Shown here piece after piece: positions 49,381 through 51,780 of a DNA stretch of 51,780 nucleotides. A model generated the notes under the pieces. It ran no database searches, was not told the DNA's origin, and worked only from the letters and a program-made list of their open reading frames with translations. Source of the stretch: Octopus sinensis. Taxonomy: Eukaryota. The stretch's first letter is position 1; each line of letters starts with the position of its first letter. The stretch lies in the NCBI RefSeq assembly GCF_006345805.1, contig NW_021833994.1:1-51780 (forward strand), in the 5' to 3' direction. A program made the translations under genes and the position numbers.

Positions 49381-49957
49381 TTGCTTTAAATGGAAGGTAA
49401 AAGTACCACAAGGCACTCAGTGCCTCAGTCTTAACCACTCTGCTATTCCATCAATCTGGATTCGTATTTTACTTATCCACGCCAAATATCTAATCAGCGT
49501 GTAAGCTGGAAACTGTCTTTAGCCTTTATATATTAAAAAAAGCGAATTGAACAACCTTATACAAAGAGAAGCTGGGGAGAAGATTTAACCGCAACCGAGT
49601 AATGGCTCTTTATTTTTTTTAAGGAATTACTTCTCTACGCTGAGCACTTGTACCTTGTTGAGCATCGGTTAGCCAACAATTTGAGATGAAATGTCGGTAA
49701 ATGTTAGAAATAAAGGGTTGCCGTAAATGCTGCCAAGATTAGTAATATGGCGAATACGGCCTGGTGGTCATTACCAGTGAGAGGTAGATGGTGTAGACCA
49801 ACACTTATGAAGATATCGAAGCTTTTAGAACGCATTGACATGCACAGTGTTTAGAGAGAAAAGAGTAAATTTGCTTCGTAATGTATACAATGTAGTGTGG
49901 TATTATTGCGTTGGTGAGAATATAACACAGGCTGTGTGAGGTATCATAGTTTGTATA

Positions 49958-50191
49958 TATTTCTTTATTACCCACAAGGGGCTAAACGCAGAGGGAACAA
50001 ACAAGGACAGACAAACGGATTAAGTCGATTATATCGACCCCACTATGCAACTGGTACTTAATTTATCGACCCCGAAAGGATGAAAGGCAAAGTCGACCTC
50101 GGCGGAATTTGAACTCACAACGTAACGGCAAGACGAAATACCGGTAAGCATTTCACCCGACGTGCTAACGTTTCTGCCAGCCCGCCACCTT
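49958..50191 (-). mobile_element. SINE family A, subfamily A2 (full length)
   Basis: Reverse complement of the consensus; tail GCCCCTTGTGGGTAATAAAGAAATA. Confidence 0.93.
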
Positions 50192-50204
50192 AGTTCGTAT
50201 ATAT

Positions 50205-50250
50205 ATATACATACATGCATACACACACACACACACACTCACACACACAA

Positions 50251-50297
<47 letters not shown>

Positions 50298-50390
50298 AAC
50301 ACACACACACACTCACACACACAAACACACACTCACACACTCACACACTCACACACACGCAAACACACACACACACTCACACACACACAA

Positions 50391-50427
<37 letters not shown>

Positions 50428-50440
50428 AATATATATATAT
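50205..50440. repeat. Degenerate (CA)n microsatellite
   Basis: Direct reading. Confidence 0.95.
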
Positions 50441-51544
50441 ATAGCACAGTGACTGTTTAGGGTACCATATTTTTTATATTAAGGAAGTGTTGTTACAGTC
50501 AATCGGTTGTTATTGAGTAAGTCCCGTTATTCACAAGGTATCAGATGAGTTTGCGGAAGCTGATCTTATGATGAGAAAGGTAGTGTTTGGGTTTGAAAGT
50601 AAGTAGGATATGAAAGGGAGTCGGTGGGGCCTGACAGACATATAAGTAGTTGAACAAGACTCTCTGGTGTAAACAGTTCAAGATGGCAAACATTTGGCAA
50701 ATTCATACCATCAGTTTCGGTTTTGATACAGAAGGGTGGTGGTGGTGGTGGTGGTGGTGGTGGAGATGAATGTGGTGTGCTCCAGAGACAAGTTAAGTGT
50801 AGCTTTGACAGTAAAGATGGTTTAATGAGGGTGAAAAAAGATTTGAATAGTGGGTTGTCATGTTTTGACTGAAGTTTCTTAGACACCGGAGTAAAGAAAA
50901 TAGAATTGTGGAAGTGATAAATAGCATACTTATTAGGAATCAAGTTTGGCAGAAAAATGTCGAGTGGAAAGAGAAAAAGAGAAGCGAGAGAGAGAGAGAG
51001 AGAGAAAGAGAGAAGGAAGACCAAGGTTCCTGAGTTACCGTTTGCTACTCTATCGATCCTTATAAGTATCCCAGCTGGAAGTCAGTTTCCCCAAGTGTGC
51101 CTTTGAAAAGTACAGCGCTCACTTGAAAGGCCCGCCAGTAAAAGGAGGTGGAGTATACAGGACACGGGTTATGCACCAGCTGATAAAAAGCAGCTTCCAA
51201 AAACATATTATTTGACAATCATTGCCGCTGAATTTTCTCAGAAAAGCTGGGTGGCAGATGAGGGTGAGTGAAAAAAAAAAAGTACACTCAGTTAAAGACA
51301 CCCAAGGGGTTAGAAGTTTTACTAAACAGGGCGGGTACTAGAGCTACAAACCAATGGATCACGCAGATGCATTTGAGTCGGAAACGAGAAGTGAAAAGGA
51401 GTTTAAGGAGAATTACAAGTGTACAGCAGTATGCTGCATCAGATGAGGGGAGTTGTACGAGATATTTTCATTGGTTTTGGTATTTGTATCTGTTATATAA
51501 ATAAATTTACGTACGTATTTACACAGGGAGAGAGAGACAAACAT

Positions 51545-51548
51545 ATAC

Positions 51549-51587
<39 letters not shown>

Positions 51588-51652
51588 AAGATAAAGAGAC
51601 AGACAGGAAGGAAGATAGATAGATAGATAAATAGATAGGAAGACAGACAGAC

Positions 51653-51691
<39 letters not shown>

Positions 51692-51692
51692 C

Positions 51693-51727
<35 letters not shown>

Positions 51728-51728
51728 C

Positions 51729-51780
<52 letters not shown>
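51545..51780. repeat. (GATA)n microsatellite running off the window end
   Basis: Direct reading. Confidence 0.97.

Noticed and set aside
50446-50475. CACAGTG heptamer (RSS or Transib-like)
   Set aside because: No nonamer at 12 or 23 bp spacing and no partner TIR.
51241-51268. Possible 22-nt micro-exon (TTTTCTCAG...GAGG|GTGAGT)
   Set aside because: Such signal pairs arise by chance in 50 kb; no supporting neighbouring exons.

Overview
This is an AT-rich, microsatellite-saturated, non-coding (intronic or intergenic) eukaryotic window. The SINE families match those I recall from Octopus (coleoid cephalopod) genomes; that assignment is recognition from memory, not a database hit. I recognise no host protein-coding gene, rRNA, true tRNA or CRISPR array. 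Most long ORFs in the supplied track are microsatellite translations or transposon remnants. Content: (1) dozens of tRNA-headed SINEs in three families (A, B, C); (2) a full-length decayed mariner (8535-9833) and an internally deleted Tc1 (47354-48259); (3) LINE fragments of the Tx1/L1, RTE and R4/Dong types; (4) two TIR MITEs, a non-autonomous Helitron and probable Penelope-like pieces; (5) a few weak, unassigned exon candidates. The most interesting items are: a TSD-bounded 2.06-kb retroelement carrying only a zinc-knuckle ORF1 and no ORF2 (HAL1-like, 35341-37396); a 382-bp TSD-bounded retroposon whose 5' end can be folded as an HDV-like ribozyme (19655-20036); a 3' stem-loop tail shared, with covariation, between Tx1-type LINEs and SINE subfamily A2; a TIR element with an unusually long 15-18 bp flanking duplication (33841-34248); and a twin-priming-type inverted RTE insertion (46706-47127). 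SINE and microsatellite boundaries are approximate (about +/-10 bp).
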